Shown here piece after piece: positions 53,876 to 63,860 of a DNA stretch of 64,000 bases. This DNA comes from Alphaproteobacteria bacterium. Lineage in GTDB: Bacteria; Pseudomonadota; Alphaproteobacteria; Bin95. Below the pieces are notes generated by a model. That model saw nothing but the letters and a program-made list of their open reading frames with translations, had not been told where the DNA came from and made no database searches. The first letter of the stretch is position 1; the number at the start of each line of letters is the position of its first letter. The position numbers were made by a program, and so were the translations under genes. The DNA is taken from NCBI GenBank assembly GCA_029978325.1, contig JAPOJR010000002.1:2717-66716 (forward strand), in the 5' to 3' direction.

Positions 53876-54889
53876 TCAGCCCGGCACACCCTTGGTGGTC
53901 GAGTACTCGAACCGCAGCACCTCGTCCGGCCGCAACAAGGGATGAATGGCATGGGCAGCCATCGCCGCCTCGCTAAAGCCGGTCAGGATCAGCTTGAGCT
54001 TGCCGGGGTAAGTGGCAATGTCGCCCACCGCGAACAACCCCGGCCGATTGGTGGCGCAGGTCGCCTGGTCGACAGCAATGTGCTTATGCTCCAGCGCCAG
54101 ACCCCATTCCGCGATCGGCCCCAGGTCCATAGATAGGCCAAAAAAAGGTAGTAGGATATCCGCCGGCACGGCGCGGCTCTCGCCCTTCAGGGTTTGGACG
54201 ATGACGGCGTCGAGCCGGCCATCGCTACCTTCGAGGCCGGCCAATTGATATGGCACCACCATCTCGATCCGGCCCTCCGCCGCCAAGGCCCGCAGCCGGC
54301 GCTCGCTTTCTGGCGCAGCGCGGAATTTGTCGCGGCGGTGAACCACGGCAACGGATGCCGCAATCTCTGCCAGGGAAATCGCCCAATCGACGGCGGAATC
54401 ACCGCCGCCGGCGATAACAACGCGCTTGCCCCGGAACGCTTCGCGGCGTTCCACAAGGTAGAAAACGCTGCTTCCCTCATAGGCCTCCAGGCCAGCTAAA
54501 GGCGGCCGATGCGGCCCGAACGCACCGACGCCGGCGGCTATGATCACCGCACCGGCGTCAACAACGACCCCGGCGGAATTGGTCACCTGCCAACGGTTGC
54601 CCTCAATCGCTGTCAGGCCGGTAACCGGATGCCCAAGATGATAGACCGGATCGAAGGGCGCCGCCTGTTTCGCCAGCCGGTCGATCAAAGTCTGCGACTC
54701 GATCTCAGGATAACCCGGGATATCGTAGATCGGCTTTTCCGGATAAAGCGCCACGCATTGGCCACCGACTGCGGACAATGCGTCCAGCACATGGCAACGC
54801 AGCCCCAACATGCCGGCCTCGAACACGGCGAACAGCCCGACGGGGCCGGCGCCAATGATCGCCACATCGGTTTGGTGCACGGTCATCAC
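53876..54889 (-). CDS. Thioredoxin-reductase-like ferredoxin-NADP+ reductase (type 2 FNR)
   Basis: Protein DVAIIGAGPVGLFAVFEAGMLGL...GGQCVALYPEKPIYDIPGYP...VIAGGGDSAVDWA resembles YumC-type FNR. Confidence 0.8.
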   Translation of the reverse strand: MMTVHQTDVAIIGAGPVGLFAVFEAGMLGLRCHVLDALSAVGGQCVALYPEKPIYDIPGYPEIESQTLIDRLAKQAAPFDPVYHLGHPVTGLTAIEGNRWQVTNSAGVVVDAGAVIIAAGVGAFGPHRPPLAGLEAYEGSSVFYLVERREAFRGKRVVIAGGGDSAVDWAISLAEIAASVAVVHRRDKFRAAPESERRLRALAAEGRIEMVVPYQLAGLEGSDGRLDAVIVQTLKGESRAVPADILLPFFGLSMDLGPIAEWGLALEHKHIAVDQATCATNRPGLFAVGDIATYPGKLKLILTGFSEAAMAAHAIHPLLRPDEVLRFEYSTTKGVPG

Positions 54890-54920
54890 AACATCCTTAC
54901 GCTTGCCGGCCCAGCGCCGT

Positions 54921-55838
54921 TCAATTCATCCGCCCATGCAGCAAGGCCAACAGGCCGTCCAACTGCTCCAACGAGCGATAATGCAGGGTCAGGGAGCCTC
55001 TACTTTCGCCTTTAACCTTCAACGCTGCTTTCAGGCCGAGAGCCGCTGTCAATTCCTGTTCGACCGCGACGATATTCGGATCGCGCAGGCCTTTGTCCGG
55101 CGATTTGCCGGGCGAGGACGGCGCGCCGGCCTGGGCAAGCCGCTCGGCATCGCGGACGGTCAGGCCCTCTCGAACGATGCGATCGGCCAATGCCTCGGGG
55201 TCCGCGGTATTGACCAGCGCCCTAGCATGCCCGGCCGACAGCCGGCCATCGCTCACCATGGCGCGCACAGACGGCGGCAACCGCAGCAACCGCAGCGTAT
55301 TGCTGATCTGCGGGCGGCTCTTGCCAACCAGATTTGCGACACTGTCCTGCGACAAGCCGAAATCCTCCAACAACCGGCGAAAGGCCTCCGCCTCTTCAAT
55401 CGGCGTCAAATCCTCGCGTTGGAGGTTTTCAACCAGTGCAATGGCCAGCGCCTCCTGGTCGGAAATGCCACGGATAATGACGGGAACCCGATCAAGGCCC
55501 GCCCGCTGGGCTGCCCGCCAGCGGCGTTCGCCGGCAACGATCTCGTACGCGCTAGTACGGTCCGACCGCTCGCGGACCACCAATGGCTGGATGATGCCGT
55601 GCGTCCGGATCGAAGATGCGAGTTCCGCCAGAGACTCTTCCGAAAAATGCCGGCGCGGTTGTGACGCTGCGGGTGTCAGCTGTTCTATCGGCAGAACCGT
55701 CGCGGATGACCCCGCCGCCGCCGGCGCTGCCACGTCGCCGAGCAACGCCGCAAGCCCTCGGCCCAGCGCCTTCCCCTTGGCAGCCGGCTTGGTCGCCGCA
55801 GCGCCGCGGGGTTGTGCCGGCGATCGTTCGTCAGCCAT
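54921..55838 (-). CDS. parB: Chromosome partitioning protein ParB
   Basis: Protein ...GLGRGLAALLG...QPRRHFSEESLAELASSIRTHGIIQPLVVR...IVAGERRWRAAQRAGL, with the HTH ...LSQDSVANLVGKSRPQISNTLRLLRL. The start forms a TGATG overlap with the parA stop. Confidence 0.9.
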   Translation of the reverse strand: MADERSPAQPRGAAATKPAAKGKALGRGLAALLGDVAAPAAAGSSATVLPIEQLTPAASQPRRHFSEESLAELASSIRTHGIIQPLVVRERSDRTSAYEIVAGERRWRAAQRAGLDRVPVIIRGISDQEALAIALVENLQREDLTPIEEAEAFRRLLEDFGLSQDSVANLVGKSRPQISNTLRLLRLPPSVRAMVSDGRLSAGHARALVNTADPEALADRIVREGLTVRDAERLAQAGAPSSPGKSPDKGLRDPNIVAVEQELTAALGLKAALKVKGESRGSLTLHYRSLEQLDGLLALLHGRMN

Positions 55839-56653
55839 CACCCAACCTCCTGTTGCCAGTGGGAGTTGCGTGCCTGAAACTCTGCCGCCAATGCATCGTA
55901 GGCCAAGGCGCCGGCGCATTTCGGATCATAGAGCGCCACCGGCAGTCCATGCGAGGGGGCCTCCGACAGGCGGACATTGCGTGGGATCTCGGTGTTGTAG
56001 ACCAGCGCCCCCAGATGCTCGCGCGCGTCGTCGCAGACCGCCGTACTGAGATTGTTGCGGCGATCGACCATGGTCATCAGCACGCCGTCGATCTTCAGCG
56101 CCGGATTGATCCTGCCGGTAATCGTCTCCACCGTGCGCAACAAATAGCTTAAGCCTTCCAATGCGAGAAATTCGGCCTGCAGCGGGATCAGCAGGCTATC
56201 CGCCGCCGCGAGCGCATTAATCGTCAACAGCCCGAGCGTCGGCGGACAGTCAACCAATACCACGGCCGGGCGCAGCGACGACGGCAAGGCCGGTGCCTGC
56301 TCCATCAGCTGCTTCAACAGCGAATCGCGGTCGGCCTTGCCCGAAAGTTCAACCTCTACCGCGGCTAGATCGACCGTCGCCGGCACGACGCTCAGCCTCG
56401 GCACAGGCGTCGCGGCGATTGCATCCGCCAGCCGGCACTCACCATAAAGCGCCTGATAGATTGTGCGCTTACGTTGTTGCCGGTCGATACCCAATGCGGT
56501 CGATGCGTTGCCTTGCGGATCGAGGTCGATCACAAGGACAGGAACTCCGGCATTGGCCAGGGAAGCGGCCAAGTTCACCGCAGTCGTCGTCTTGCCGACG
56601 CCGCCCTTTTGGTTGGCGATTGCGATGATGCGCATAGGCTGAGAATTGGCCAT
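55838..56653 (-). CDS. parA: Chromosome partitioning ATPase ParA
   Basis: It has the deviant Walker A RIIAIANQKGGVGKTTTAVNLAASLA and lies adjacent to parB. Confidence 0.9.
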   Translation of the reverse strand: MANSQPMRIIAIANQKGGVGKTTTAVNLAASLANAGVPVLVIDLDPQGNASTALGIDRQQRKRTIYQALYGECRLADAIAATPVPRLSVVPATVDLAAVEVELSGKADRDSLLKQLMEQAPALPSSLRPAVVLVDCPPTLGLLTINALAAADSLLIPLQAEFLALEGLSYLLRTVETITGRINPALKIDGVLMTMVDRRNNLSTAVCDDAREHLGALVYNTEIPRNVRLSEAPSHGLPVALYDPKCAGALAYDALAAEFQARNSHWQQEVG

Positions 56654-56657
56654 CGAC

Positions 56658-57290
56658 TCAGTGGGGCTCCAGCCGGGTGAGCGTCACGATTGCGGCGTCG
56701 GGCTCGGTGGCGCTCGGCGTGCTGGTCCAGGCAAACGACCAGTCCGTCTCCGCCGCTGCCAGTTCCGACCGCCAGGATTGGCCCTTCAAGAACACCAGTT
56801 GCGTGTCCGGGTCAACCAACGGCGCTGACCAATGCAGCAACTGTTGCAGGGACGCACAGGCCCTGGCGGTAATCGCCGCGGCAGGTCTCAAGGCCCTCAG
56901 GTTTTTGTCCTCGATCCGAATGGCGTGAACCCGGACCGGCACCGCCATCTGCGCCGCAACGTATTGCAAAAAGCCAGCCTTGCGATGATTCGCTTCGACC
57001 AGATGCACTTCGCCAATTTCAGCCAATGCCATGATCAGGCCGGGAAAACCGCCGCCGCTGCCCAAATCGACGATCGGCCGGGTAGCTGCCGCTGGGATCA
57101 TCGGCAGGATCTGCCAACTGTCCAGGAAATGCCGGGTCCAGACCTGGTCCAATGTCGATGGCGCCACCAAATTGGTTTTGCGCTGCCATTGCTGCAATTG
57201 CTGGGCATAGAGGCGCAGCCGGTCCACCATCACCGGGCGGACCGGATAAATCGCATCCATTGCCTCGAGTATAGCGGCTTCGGAGGACAT
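56658..57290 (-). CDS. rsmG: 16S rRNA (guanine527-N7)-methyltransferase RsmG (GidB)
   Basis: It has the SAM-binding motif IVDLGSGGGFPGL and sits between mnmG and parA. Confidence 0.85.
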   Translation of the reverse strand: MSSEAAILEAMDAIYPVRPVMVDRLRLYAQQLQQWQRKTNLVAPSTLDQVWTRHFLDSWQILPMIPAAATRPIVDLGSGGGFPGLIMALAEIGEVHLVEANHRKAGFLQYVAAQMAVPVRVHAIRIEDKNLRALRPAAAITARACASLQQLLHWSAPLVDPDTQLVFLKGQSWRSELAAAETDWSFAWTSTPSATEPDAAIVTLTRLEPH

Positions 57291-57298
57291 GGCAGGCC

Positions 57299-59173
57299 CT
57301 AGGCCGCAATATGGGCAGGCCGGCGTTTGACATGGCGCAGCAGGGCGATCACGCCTGCCGGCGTTACACCGGGTATACGGCTGGCGGCCCCCAGCGTCGC
57401 CGGTTTGGCTCTTCCCAGCTTTTGGCGCTCCTCGGTCGAAATACCTGTAACCGCGGCATAGTCGAGGTCGAGCGGCAACTGCAGGTGTTCATCCTTGCGG
57501 AAGCGGGCGATATCCTGCGTTTCTCGCTGCAAATATCCCTCATAATGCGCCTCGATCGCCAGTTGCGAGAGAATGGCCGGCGGAATAGCAGCAAGCTCCG
57601 GCCAAATGGCAAGCACACGCTCGCGGTCACTGCGATGGCGACCCAGGATCTCCCACCCGCTGCGCGTGCGGCCATCGGCTTTTTCGATCAGCCCATGCTC
57701 GCTCAGCACAGCCGCTGAGGCCGACGCTTCGTGCAACCGGCGCATGCCATCGGCGAGCGCCTGAACTTTCTCCCGGAAAACCGCAGACCGGGCACGGCCG
57801 ACCAGGCCAAGCGCTTCACCTTTTGCCGTCAGGCGTTGGTCCGCATTGTCGGCGCGCATCGACAGGCGGTATTCGGCGCGGGAGGTGAACATGCGGTAGG
57901 GCTCATCCACGCCGCGGGTGACGAGATCGTCGATGAGCACGCCCAAATAGCCGTCCGCCCGGTCGAACACAACGCCGTCCTGGGCCCCGGCCTTGCGCGC
58001 CGCGTTCATCCCCGCGACGAGCCCCTGTGCCGCCGCCTCTTCATAACCGGTGGTGCCGTTGATCTGCCCCGCCAGAAACAGGTTGCGCAACCGCTTGGTC
58101 TCCAACGTCGGCGCCAGCTCGCGCGGATCGATGAAGTCATACTCGATCGCATAGCCCGACCGTACCACTTCGACCTGCTCCAGCCCCGGAATAGTGCGCA
58201 GGAAGGCCAGTTGCACATCCGCCGGCAACGATGTCGAAATGCCGTTCGGATAAACCAAGTGTGTGTCCAGGCCCTCCGGCTCCAGGAAGATCTGGTGATT
58301 GTCCTTGTCGGGAAAGCGCATCACCTTGTCTTCAATGGAAGGACAATAACGCGGCCCGGGCCCGGCAAGGCGTCCGGCATACATAGCCGTGCGGTGCACG
58401 TTCTCACGCACGATCCGGTGTCCCTCAGGCGTAGTCCGCGTGATATGGCACGGCAATTGCCGGTTGGCGATTTGCGTGGTCATAGTCGAAAGCGGTTCAG
58501 CCGGATCATCGCCCAACTGGATCGCACATCGCTGGTAGTCGATGCTGCGGGCATCCAGCCGCGCCGGCGTCCCGGTCTTCAACCGCTGCAATGCGAAACC
58601 GGCGGCGGTGAATGCCTCGGACAATCCGACGCTGGCGGGCTCACCGAAACGGCCGGCCGGCGTCTGTTCTTCGCCGAGGTGGATGACGCCGCGCAGAAAT
58701 GTTCCCGTGGTGATGACGACGGCTCCAGTCGCAAGTTCCGTCCCGGACGCGAGGCGTATGCCACGCACCGCGCCGTTATCGACGATCAAGCCCACCACCG
58801 GGTCTTCGATGACCGTGAGGTTTGGCCAGGCAGCCAACTCCCGCTGCATCGCCTGTTTGTACAGCTTTCGGTCCGCCTGAACGCGGGGACCGTGCACGGC
58901 AGGGCCCTTGCTGCGGTTCAGCAACCGAAACTGGATGCCGGCGGCGTCGCTCGCCCGGCCCATAATGCCGTCGAGCGCGTCGATCTCCCGGATCAGATGG
59001 CCCTTGCCGACGCCGCCCATGGCGGGATTGCAGGACATCTCGCCAACGGTATCGAAGCGGTGGGTCGCTAAGGCGACCTTGGCGCCCAGCCGCAACGCCG
59101 CGCCGGCAGCCTCGCAACCCGCATGGCCGCCGCCGACAACTATCACATCATACATCGCACTCGATCTCGCCAT
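57299..59173 (-). CDS. mnmG: tRNA uridine 5-carboxymethylaminomethyl modification enzyme MnmG (GidA)
   Basis: Protein ...[17 protein letters not shown]...[23 protein letters not shown].... Possible starts are 59200, 59173 and 59155, and sequence alone cannot choose between them. Confidence 0.9.
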   Translation of the reverse strand: MARSSAMYDVIVVGGGHAGCEAAGAALRLGAKVALATHRFDTVGEMSCNPAMGGVGKGHLIREIDALDGIMGRASDAAGIQFRLLNRSKGPAVHGPRVQADRKLYKQAMQRELAAWPNLTVIEDPVVGLIVDNGAVRGIRLASGTELATGAVVITTGTFLRGVIHLGEEQTPAGRFGEPASVGLSEAFTAAGFALQRLKTGTPARLDARSIDYQRCAIQLGDDPAEPLSTMTTQIANRQLPCHITRTTPEGHRIVRENVHRTAMYAGRLAGPGPRYCPSIEDKVMRFPDKDNHQIFLEPEGLDTHLVYPNGISTSLPADVQLAFLRTIPGLEQVEVVRSGYAIEYDFIDPRELAPTLETKRLRNLFLAGQINGTTGYEEAAAQGLVAGMNAARKAGAQDGVVFDRADGYLGVLIDDLVTRGVDEPYRMFTSRAEYRLSMRADNADQRLTAKGEALGLVGRARSAVFREKVQALADGMRRLHEASASAAVLSEHGLIEKADGRTRSGWEILGRHRSDRERVLAIWPELAAIPPAILSQLAIEAHYEGYLQRETQDIARFRKDEHLQLPLDLDYAAVTGISTEERQKLGRAKPATLGAASRIPGVTPAGVIALLRHVKRRPAHIAA

Positions 59174-59208
59174 CGCCTCTGCCTTCGGCATCGCCCGCAT
59201 GCTGCGGA

Positions 59209-59224
59209 TGTTTCACGTGAAACA
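59209..59224. promoter_or_regulatory. parS centromere-like site, perfect 16-bp palindrome TGTTTCACGTGAAACA
   Basis: This is an exact match to the canonical ParB-binding consensus, read directly in the mnmG-mnmE intergenic region about 3.4 kb from parB. Confidence 0.85.
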
Positions 59225-59246
59225 AGGATGCTTGCCGCCTGTAGCC

Positions 59247-60587
59247 TTACTTGCCAATACAGAATTCCCGGAAAATAATGTCGAGCATATGCTCCACATC
59301 GGTAGTGCCGACCACCTGTCCGAGCGAGGCAATAGCACGTTCCAGCGAGGATGCCAAAATCTCCTCGGCCAGGGTCGGATCATCCCACCACGCCAAAGCC
59401 GAGGTTGCGTCCGCAATCGCCGTGCGGTGCCGGGTTCGCTGGATGATAGCTGTTTCACCGTCAGCGGCGAGGCGAGCGGCATGAGTTGAAATCAGGCCGC
59501 GCAATTGGTCAATTCCGTGGCCGGACCTGGCTGAACCGACTATGCCATTTTCCGGCAATGCACCCACGGCCTGGTCCGCCTTGTTCCAGAACACCACGCG
59601 GACTGCTTCGTGACCCTGCATGGCATCGCTCGTCGCAGCCTGTGGCTCAGACAGGTCGCGGACCTCTACGCAGACGTCCGCCTCCGCCATCGCCTGCTTT
59701 GCCCGTCGGACGCCTTCGGCCTCGATCTCGTCGGCGGTCTCGCGGATGCCCGCGGTGTCTGAGACGACGACCAAGTGGCCGCCAAGGTCGAACGACACCT
59801 GAACGATATCGCGGGTCGTGCCGGCGATAGACGATACGATTGCCGCTTCCCGGCCGGCGAGGGCGTTCAGCAAAGTCGACTTGCCGACATTCGGCGGCCC
59901 GACGATAGCCACCTGCACGCCATCCCGGATGGCAAAGCCGGCATGCGCCTTGTCCAACTCCGCAGCCATGGCCTGACGCACCGCCGCAACCTCCCGCCGG
60001 GCATCCGCCAGCAAATCGCCGGGCACGTCCTCATCGACGAAATCGATCATGGTTTCGACCAGCGCCCGCGCCCGCAACAGCCGGTCGTTCCAACTCTGAA
60101 TGGTCCGGTGGGCCGCACCGCCGGCCGCCGACAGCGCTTGGCGGCGCTGTGCCGCCGTACGGGCGCGAACAAGATCGGACATGCCTTCGACAGCGGTCAG
60201 GTCGAGCCGCCCGTTGTCGAAGGCGCGGCGGGTGTATTCGCCTTCCACCGCCTGACGGCAGCCGGGTTGCGCCAGCAATGTATCGATTACGCCGGACACA
60301 GTCGCCGGACCGCCATGCAAATGCAACTCCACCACATCTTCACCGGTAAAACTGTGCGGCGCTACAAACCGGACGACCAGCGCTTGATCAAGGATTTCTG
60401 CCGTCTCCGGGGCCCGCAGCGTCCGCAACACCATGCGCCGCGGCTCTGGCAATGGCCGGCCGGTCAGCAGCCGCAGCATGTCGCAAGCCTGCTCGCCTGA
60501 CAGCCGCACCACAGCCACCCCGGCGGGAACGCTACCGCTTGCTAGAGCGATGATGGTGTCGGTCGCAGGCATGGACTCAGGTCTCAA
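59247..60587 (-). CDS. mnmE: tRNA modification GTPase MnmE (TrmE)
   Basis: It has the N-terminal DTIIALASG, the G-domain VAIVGPPNVGKSTLLNAL...DTAGIRE, and the C-terminal ...FCIGK. An alternative start lies at 60572. Confidence 0.9.
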   Translation of the reverse strand: MRPESMPATDTIIALASGSVPAGVAVVRLSGEQACDMLRLLTGRPLPEPRRMVLRTLRAPETAEILDQALVVRFVAPHSFTGEDVVELHLHGGPATVSGVIDTLLAQPGCRQAVEGEYTRRAFDNGRLDLTAVEGMSDLVRARTAAQRRQALSAAGGAAHRTIQSWNDRLLRARALVETMIDFVDEDVPGDLLADARREVAAVRQAMAAELDKAHAGFAIRDGVQVAIVGPPNVGKSTLLNALAGREAAIVSSIAGTTRDIVQVSFDLGGHLVVVSDTAGIRETADEIEAEGVRRAKQAMAEADVCVEVRDLSEPQAATSDAMQGHEAVRVVFWNKADQAVGALPENGIVGSARSGHGIDQLRGLISTHAARLAADGETAIIQRTRHRTAIADATSALAWWDDPTLAEEILASSLERAIASLGQVVGTTDVEHMLDIIFREFCIGK

Positions 60588-60671
60588 CGGACGTTTAGGC
60601 GGGGACTGTTCATTCAGGCCGGTCTTATGGCGAACGGTCCCGTTTGTCGCCAGGGCAATTGGCGCTGCCAG

Positions 60672-61529
60672 TCATCGCCTGCCGAACCGCACAGCATCGC
60701 CTGGCTTGTTCCTATCGACGGAGACATCGCTCGCAACCTCCCGCACAGCTTCCAACTGCCTGTCTTGCCACCGCACCGACCACCTGCCACCTGCAGGGCG
60801 GCGGCGTGCCCGCAGCAGTTCTATTCGCCAATGCCCGAACGCGGCGGCCGTAGCTGCTGCCGTGGCATTCGAACCGTCGGTCAAGCTGGCCGCCCGCCAC
60901 CGCGTCTCGACAAAGCCGCCGGCAGCGCCCGCATGCCCAGGGCGCAACGCCAGCACCGTTGTTGCTGAGGCCTCCGCCGCCAGTTGCAATCGCCGTGCAG
61001 CCAGGGAGTGCAGGTCGAACAACTCGGCGACGACCACACCAACCGCGGCGCTGCGCAACGCTTCCTCCGTCGCCCACAGCGTTTCTTCATCATTGCCGCC
61101 ATAGACGAACAGCAGGCGTTGCATCGCAATGCCGAAGCTGTGCAGACCCGGAGCATACACCTGGCCGGAGAGCAGGCCGTGACGGTGGCGCAATCGCCGG
61201 TTCATACACCAAACCACTGGACCGGCATCGGCTCCCGGCGCTTGCATCAATCTGGCCAATACAACACAGGCAAAGCCCATCACAGCGCCGTCGCCGCGTT
61301 GATCCTGTGGTTGGCCAACTTTCTTATCCCCAGTGTGGCCGTCAGAAATGACAGGGCCCAGCACCTCATGCACTGCACCAGTGCGTAGACCGCCGTCCGG
61401 TAGGACAGAGTCGATTGCAGGGCATTGCAGGGGTACGGTCGTCATCGTTGCGTTGCGGCGACCGCCCGTTCTTTCCAGCTGTTCTATACGGCGGGCAAGG
61501 GCCTCACGATTTGGAGCAGTGATCGGCAT
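60672..61529 (-). CDS. imuA: ImuA-family SOS mutagenesis protein (RecA/SulA-like)
   Basis: Protein ...LARRIEQLERTGG...VPLQCPAIDSVLPDGGLRTGAVHEVLGP...ARRLQLAAEASATTVLALR...WRIELLRARR matches my recollection of alphaproteobacterial ImuA. A LexA box lies 23 nt upstream. Confidence 0.75.
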   Translation of the reverse strand: MPITAPNREALARRIEQLERTGGRRNATMTTVPLQCPAIDSVLPDGGLRTGAVHEVLGPVISDGHTGDKKVGQPQDQRGDGAVMGFACVVLARLMQAPGADAGPVVWCMNRRLRHRHGLLSGQVYAPGLHSFGIAMQRLLFVYGGNDEETLWATEEALRSAAVGVVVAELFDLHSLAARRLQLAAEASATTVLALRPGHAGAAGGFVETRWRAASLTDGSNATAAATAAAFGHWRIELLRARRRPAGGRWSVRWQDRQLEAVREVASDVSVDRNKPGDAVRFGRR

Positions 61530-61551
61530 GATCGGACATCAATCGCTAATT

Positions 61552-61566
61552 GTTCGATTAATGTTC
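61552..61566. promoter_or_regulatory. Alphaproteobacterial-type LexA (SOS) box GTTC-N7-GTTC
   Basis: The sequence gttc-gattaat-gttc can be read directly in an A/T-rich stretch upstream of imuA. On the imuA strand it reads GAACATTAATCGAAC. Confidence 0.7.
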
Positions 61567-61654
61567 TATTATTGATCCAGACATCGCGCAAGGCCTATCC
61601 AACCAACCTTGCCGCAACCGGCAGGCCCGGCCCTAGCCCCGACTCTAAGGTGGC

Positions 61655-62092
61655 CTATTTCTTGGCGGCGCCGATTGCCTTGGCCAAGGCCTGATACTCC
61701 GGGCAATCGGTACCGCAGAGGCCCTTCAACGTCTCCAGTTCCGCCTCTGCCTTGGCCGGCTGCCCGGTCTTGAGATAGAGCTGGCCCAGATATTCGTGCA
61801 CGCCCTTATGCCCCGGATCCAGCCGCAGCGCCCGATCGTAGGCCGCCTTGGCCTCATCGTATTTTCCCAGTTGCCGGTAGCTGTAGCCCAACAGGTTATA
61901 GCCATTGGCATCCTGCGGCGTCGCATCAAGATAAGTCTGCAGCTTATCGACCGCCATGTCATACTTCTGTTGGTCGATCAACATCTGCACATCCGCCAGA
62001 CTGACTTCATCTTTGTTGGACATTGCCAGCACTGGAGATGCCATCGCCAGGCCAACAGCGGCGATCACGCCCGCCATCCACAGATTCCGCAT
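61655..62092 (-). CDS. Secreted tetratricopeptide (TPR) repeat protein
   Basis: The signal peptide is MRNLWMAGVIAAVGLAMASPVLA. TPR-like repeats follow (...ANGYNLLGYSYRQLGKYDEAKAAYDRALRLDPGHKGVHEYLGQLYLKTGQPAKA). Confidence 0.75.
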   Translation of the reverse strand: MRNLWMAGVIAAVGLAMASPVLAMSNKDEVSLADVQMLIDQQKYDMAVDKLQTYLDATPQDANGYNLLGYSYRQLGKYDEAKAAYDRALRLDPGHKGVHEYLGQLYLKTGQPAKAEAELETLKGLCGTDCPEYQALAKAIGAAKK

Positions 62093-62230
62093 TTGCCAAC
62101 CCCTTATTTGCAGCCAAGTTTTTCCAAAACAGCCAAACCAGACCCCGCCAGAAATCGCATCATTATGACGATGGCCGGGCTCCTTATATGGGACGCCCGG
62201 CTGTCTTTGCCAGAGTCTGTAATTTCACCC

Positions 62231-62866
62231 TTACTTCAACGGTGAATGGGCTGCCGGCAGCATTACGACAGAGTTCATTTCCTCGATCAAAGGCCCACCC
62301 TCCTTCAGGAAAGCCTGCCAGCCTGGATCCTGCGACGCTGCCGTGCGCGCTTTCATGCGGGATTCGAAATCCTTGTAGGCCCAGATATGGCACACTTCGT
62401 TCGGTTGTCCGGCTTCCGTGCTCCACAAGCCGACAATCTTCGAATATTTCTCGCGCACCGTCAGCGCGTTGGTGAACAGCTCTGTCCAACGCTTCATTGC
62501 GCCGACCTGCAGACGGTAATAGCGGAATTCATACAGATTGGTCGGGTCGACCGGCGGGTTGATGCCGACCAGCGGATTCAGCAACCGGATGTCCTGGCGC
62601 AGAATGATCGGGCGCATCAGCGGCAGGTATTCCTTGGTCCAGCGTTCGTTCTGCGCCAGCGCTTTGCGGCGTTCTTCGCGATGCTCGAAGCTTTCATAGC
62701 TCCAGAGGTGCATGACCTGATTCAGCGGCCCGACCTCCGGCAGCCAATAGCCCTCCAACTTGCCGTATTCGTCGCCGCGAATATCCCGCGCGACCGTACC
62801 GGAGTTCTTGGCGGCGCCAGCCGCCTGGCCAGCGCGAAACGTATAGGTGCGGAGTTCGTGTAGCAT
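62231..62866 (-). CDS. NIPSNAP family protein (two NIPSNAP repeats)
   Basis: Protein MLHELRTYTFRAG...VMHLWSYESFEHREERR... is followed by a second repeat, LYEFRYYRLQVG...VCHIWAYKDFESRMKAR. The 62977 start in the ORF track adds an unlikely 37-aa leader. Confidence 0.8.
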   Translation of the reverse strand: MLHELRTYTFRAGQAAGAAKNSGTVARDIRGDEYGKLEGYWLPEVGPLNQVMHLWSYESFEHREERRKALAQNERWTKEYLPLMRPIILRQDIRLLNPLVGINPPVDPTNLYEFRYYRLQVGAMKRWTELFTNALTVREKYSKIVGLWSTEAGQPNEVCHIWAYKDFESRMKARTAASQDPGWQAFLKEGGPLIEEMNSVVMLPAAHSPLK

Positions 62867-63028
62867 CGGCTCAATCTTCTCTGGAGCGGAGGGTTTGTGA
62901 AACGGCTGCAGTGTCGTAGCAAGCCAGCGCCGACGCAAGCCCATCCTGCAATCGACCTTCGGCCGTGGCATTGCCATAGCGGCGGCGCCATCGCATAGTT
63001 CGGCTTCCCGTCACTGATTTCCGCCGCA

Positions 63029-63745
63029 ATGGGAGAAATTTGCATGCACAACTGGGTTTCAATCAAAGCCGCCGATGGTGGCTCTTTCGACGCGCACTTG
63101 GTGCAGCCGGCCAAGCCGAATGGCGGCGCTGTTGTCTGTATCCAAGAGATCTTTGGCGTAAACCATGCCATGCGCGACATTGCCCAATACTGGGCCGACC
63201 AGGGCTATGTCGCAATCGCGCCAGACCTGTTCTGGCGACAGGAACCACACGTCGATATCACCGACGGTTCCGACGAGGAATGGAAGAGGGCGTTTCAGCT
63301 ATACCAGGGATTCGATGTCGAAAAAGGCATCGCCGACCTGAAAGCGACGGTCGCTTACGCCCGCAGTCTGGCGGGCTCCAACGGCAAAGTCGGCACGGTC
63401 GGCTTTTGCCTTGGCGGCAAGCTGGCCTATCTGATGGCCTGCCGGTCCGACACCAATTGCAATGTCGGCTACTACGGCGTCGGCATTGAAGCAGACCTAG
63501 CGGAGGCTTCTCAGATTCAAGCGCCGCTCACCCTGCATATCGCGGAAGAAGATGGCTTTGTCTCGAAAGACGCGCAGAAACAGGTGCGGGACGGCCTGGC
63601 CAGCAACAGCCATGCTACGGTGTTCAGCTATCCGGGCATGGATCATGCATTCGCCCGCATCGGCGGCAAACCCTACAACAAGGAAAATGCCGACCTTGCC
63701 AACGGGCGCACCGCCGCGGTATTTGCGAAAACGCTGAAGGGTTGA
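63029..63745 (+). CDS. Dienelactone hydrolase family protein
   Basis: Protein ...GGAVVCIQEIFGVNHAMRDIAQYWADQGYVAIAPDLFWR...VGTVGFCLGG...HAFAR is DLH-like (Cys nucleophile in GFCLGG). The start is 63029 or 63044. Confidence 0.85.
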   Translation: MGEICMHNWVSIKAADGGSFDAHLVQPAKPNGGAVVCIQEIFGVNHAMRDIAQYWADQGYVAIAPDLFWRQEPHVDITDGSDEEWKRAFQLYQGFDVEKGIADLKATVAYARSLAGSNGKVGTVGFCLGGKLAYLMACRSDTNCNVGYYGVGIEADLAEASQIQAPLTLHIAEEDGFVSKDAQKQVRDGLASNSHATVFSYPGMDHAFARIGGKPYNKENADLANGRTAAVFAKTLKG

Positions 63746-63819
63746 GCTGCGGTCGTTTCAGGGAACGGCTGGATTTCCAGCCAAACAAGCACCACCACAA
63801 GTCCCCTGAACAAAGCAAA

Positions 63820-63840
63820 GGGGCCGGAAATTCCGGCCCC
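63820..63840. terminator. GC-rich hairpin between convergent genes (possible bidirectional terminator)
   Basis: The sequence ggggccgga-aat-tccggcccc can be read directly between the stop at 63745 (+) and the stop at 63861 (-). Confidence 0.45.
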
Positions 63841-63860
63841 GTCCACCACTACTGATTCAT

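Noticed and set aside
58446-58460. A sigma-54 promoter-like motif, TGGCAC-N5-TTGC, on the plus strand. It was notable because ntrC is in the window.
   Set aside because: It lies inside the mnmG coding sequence on the opposite strand, with no plus-strand gene downstream. It is most likely a chance match.
62174-62201. Hairpin gccgggc...gcccggc downstream of the NIPSNAP gene. A similar one, ctagccgg...ccggctag, lies near 53263-53289.
   Set aside because: These are plausible intrinsic terminators, but they lack a U-tract on the relevant strand. I cannot support them beyond simple stem complementarity.
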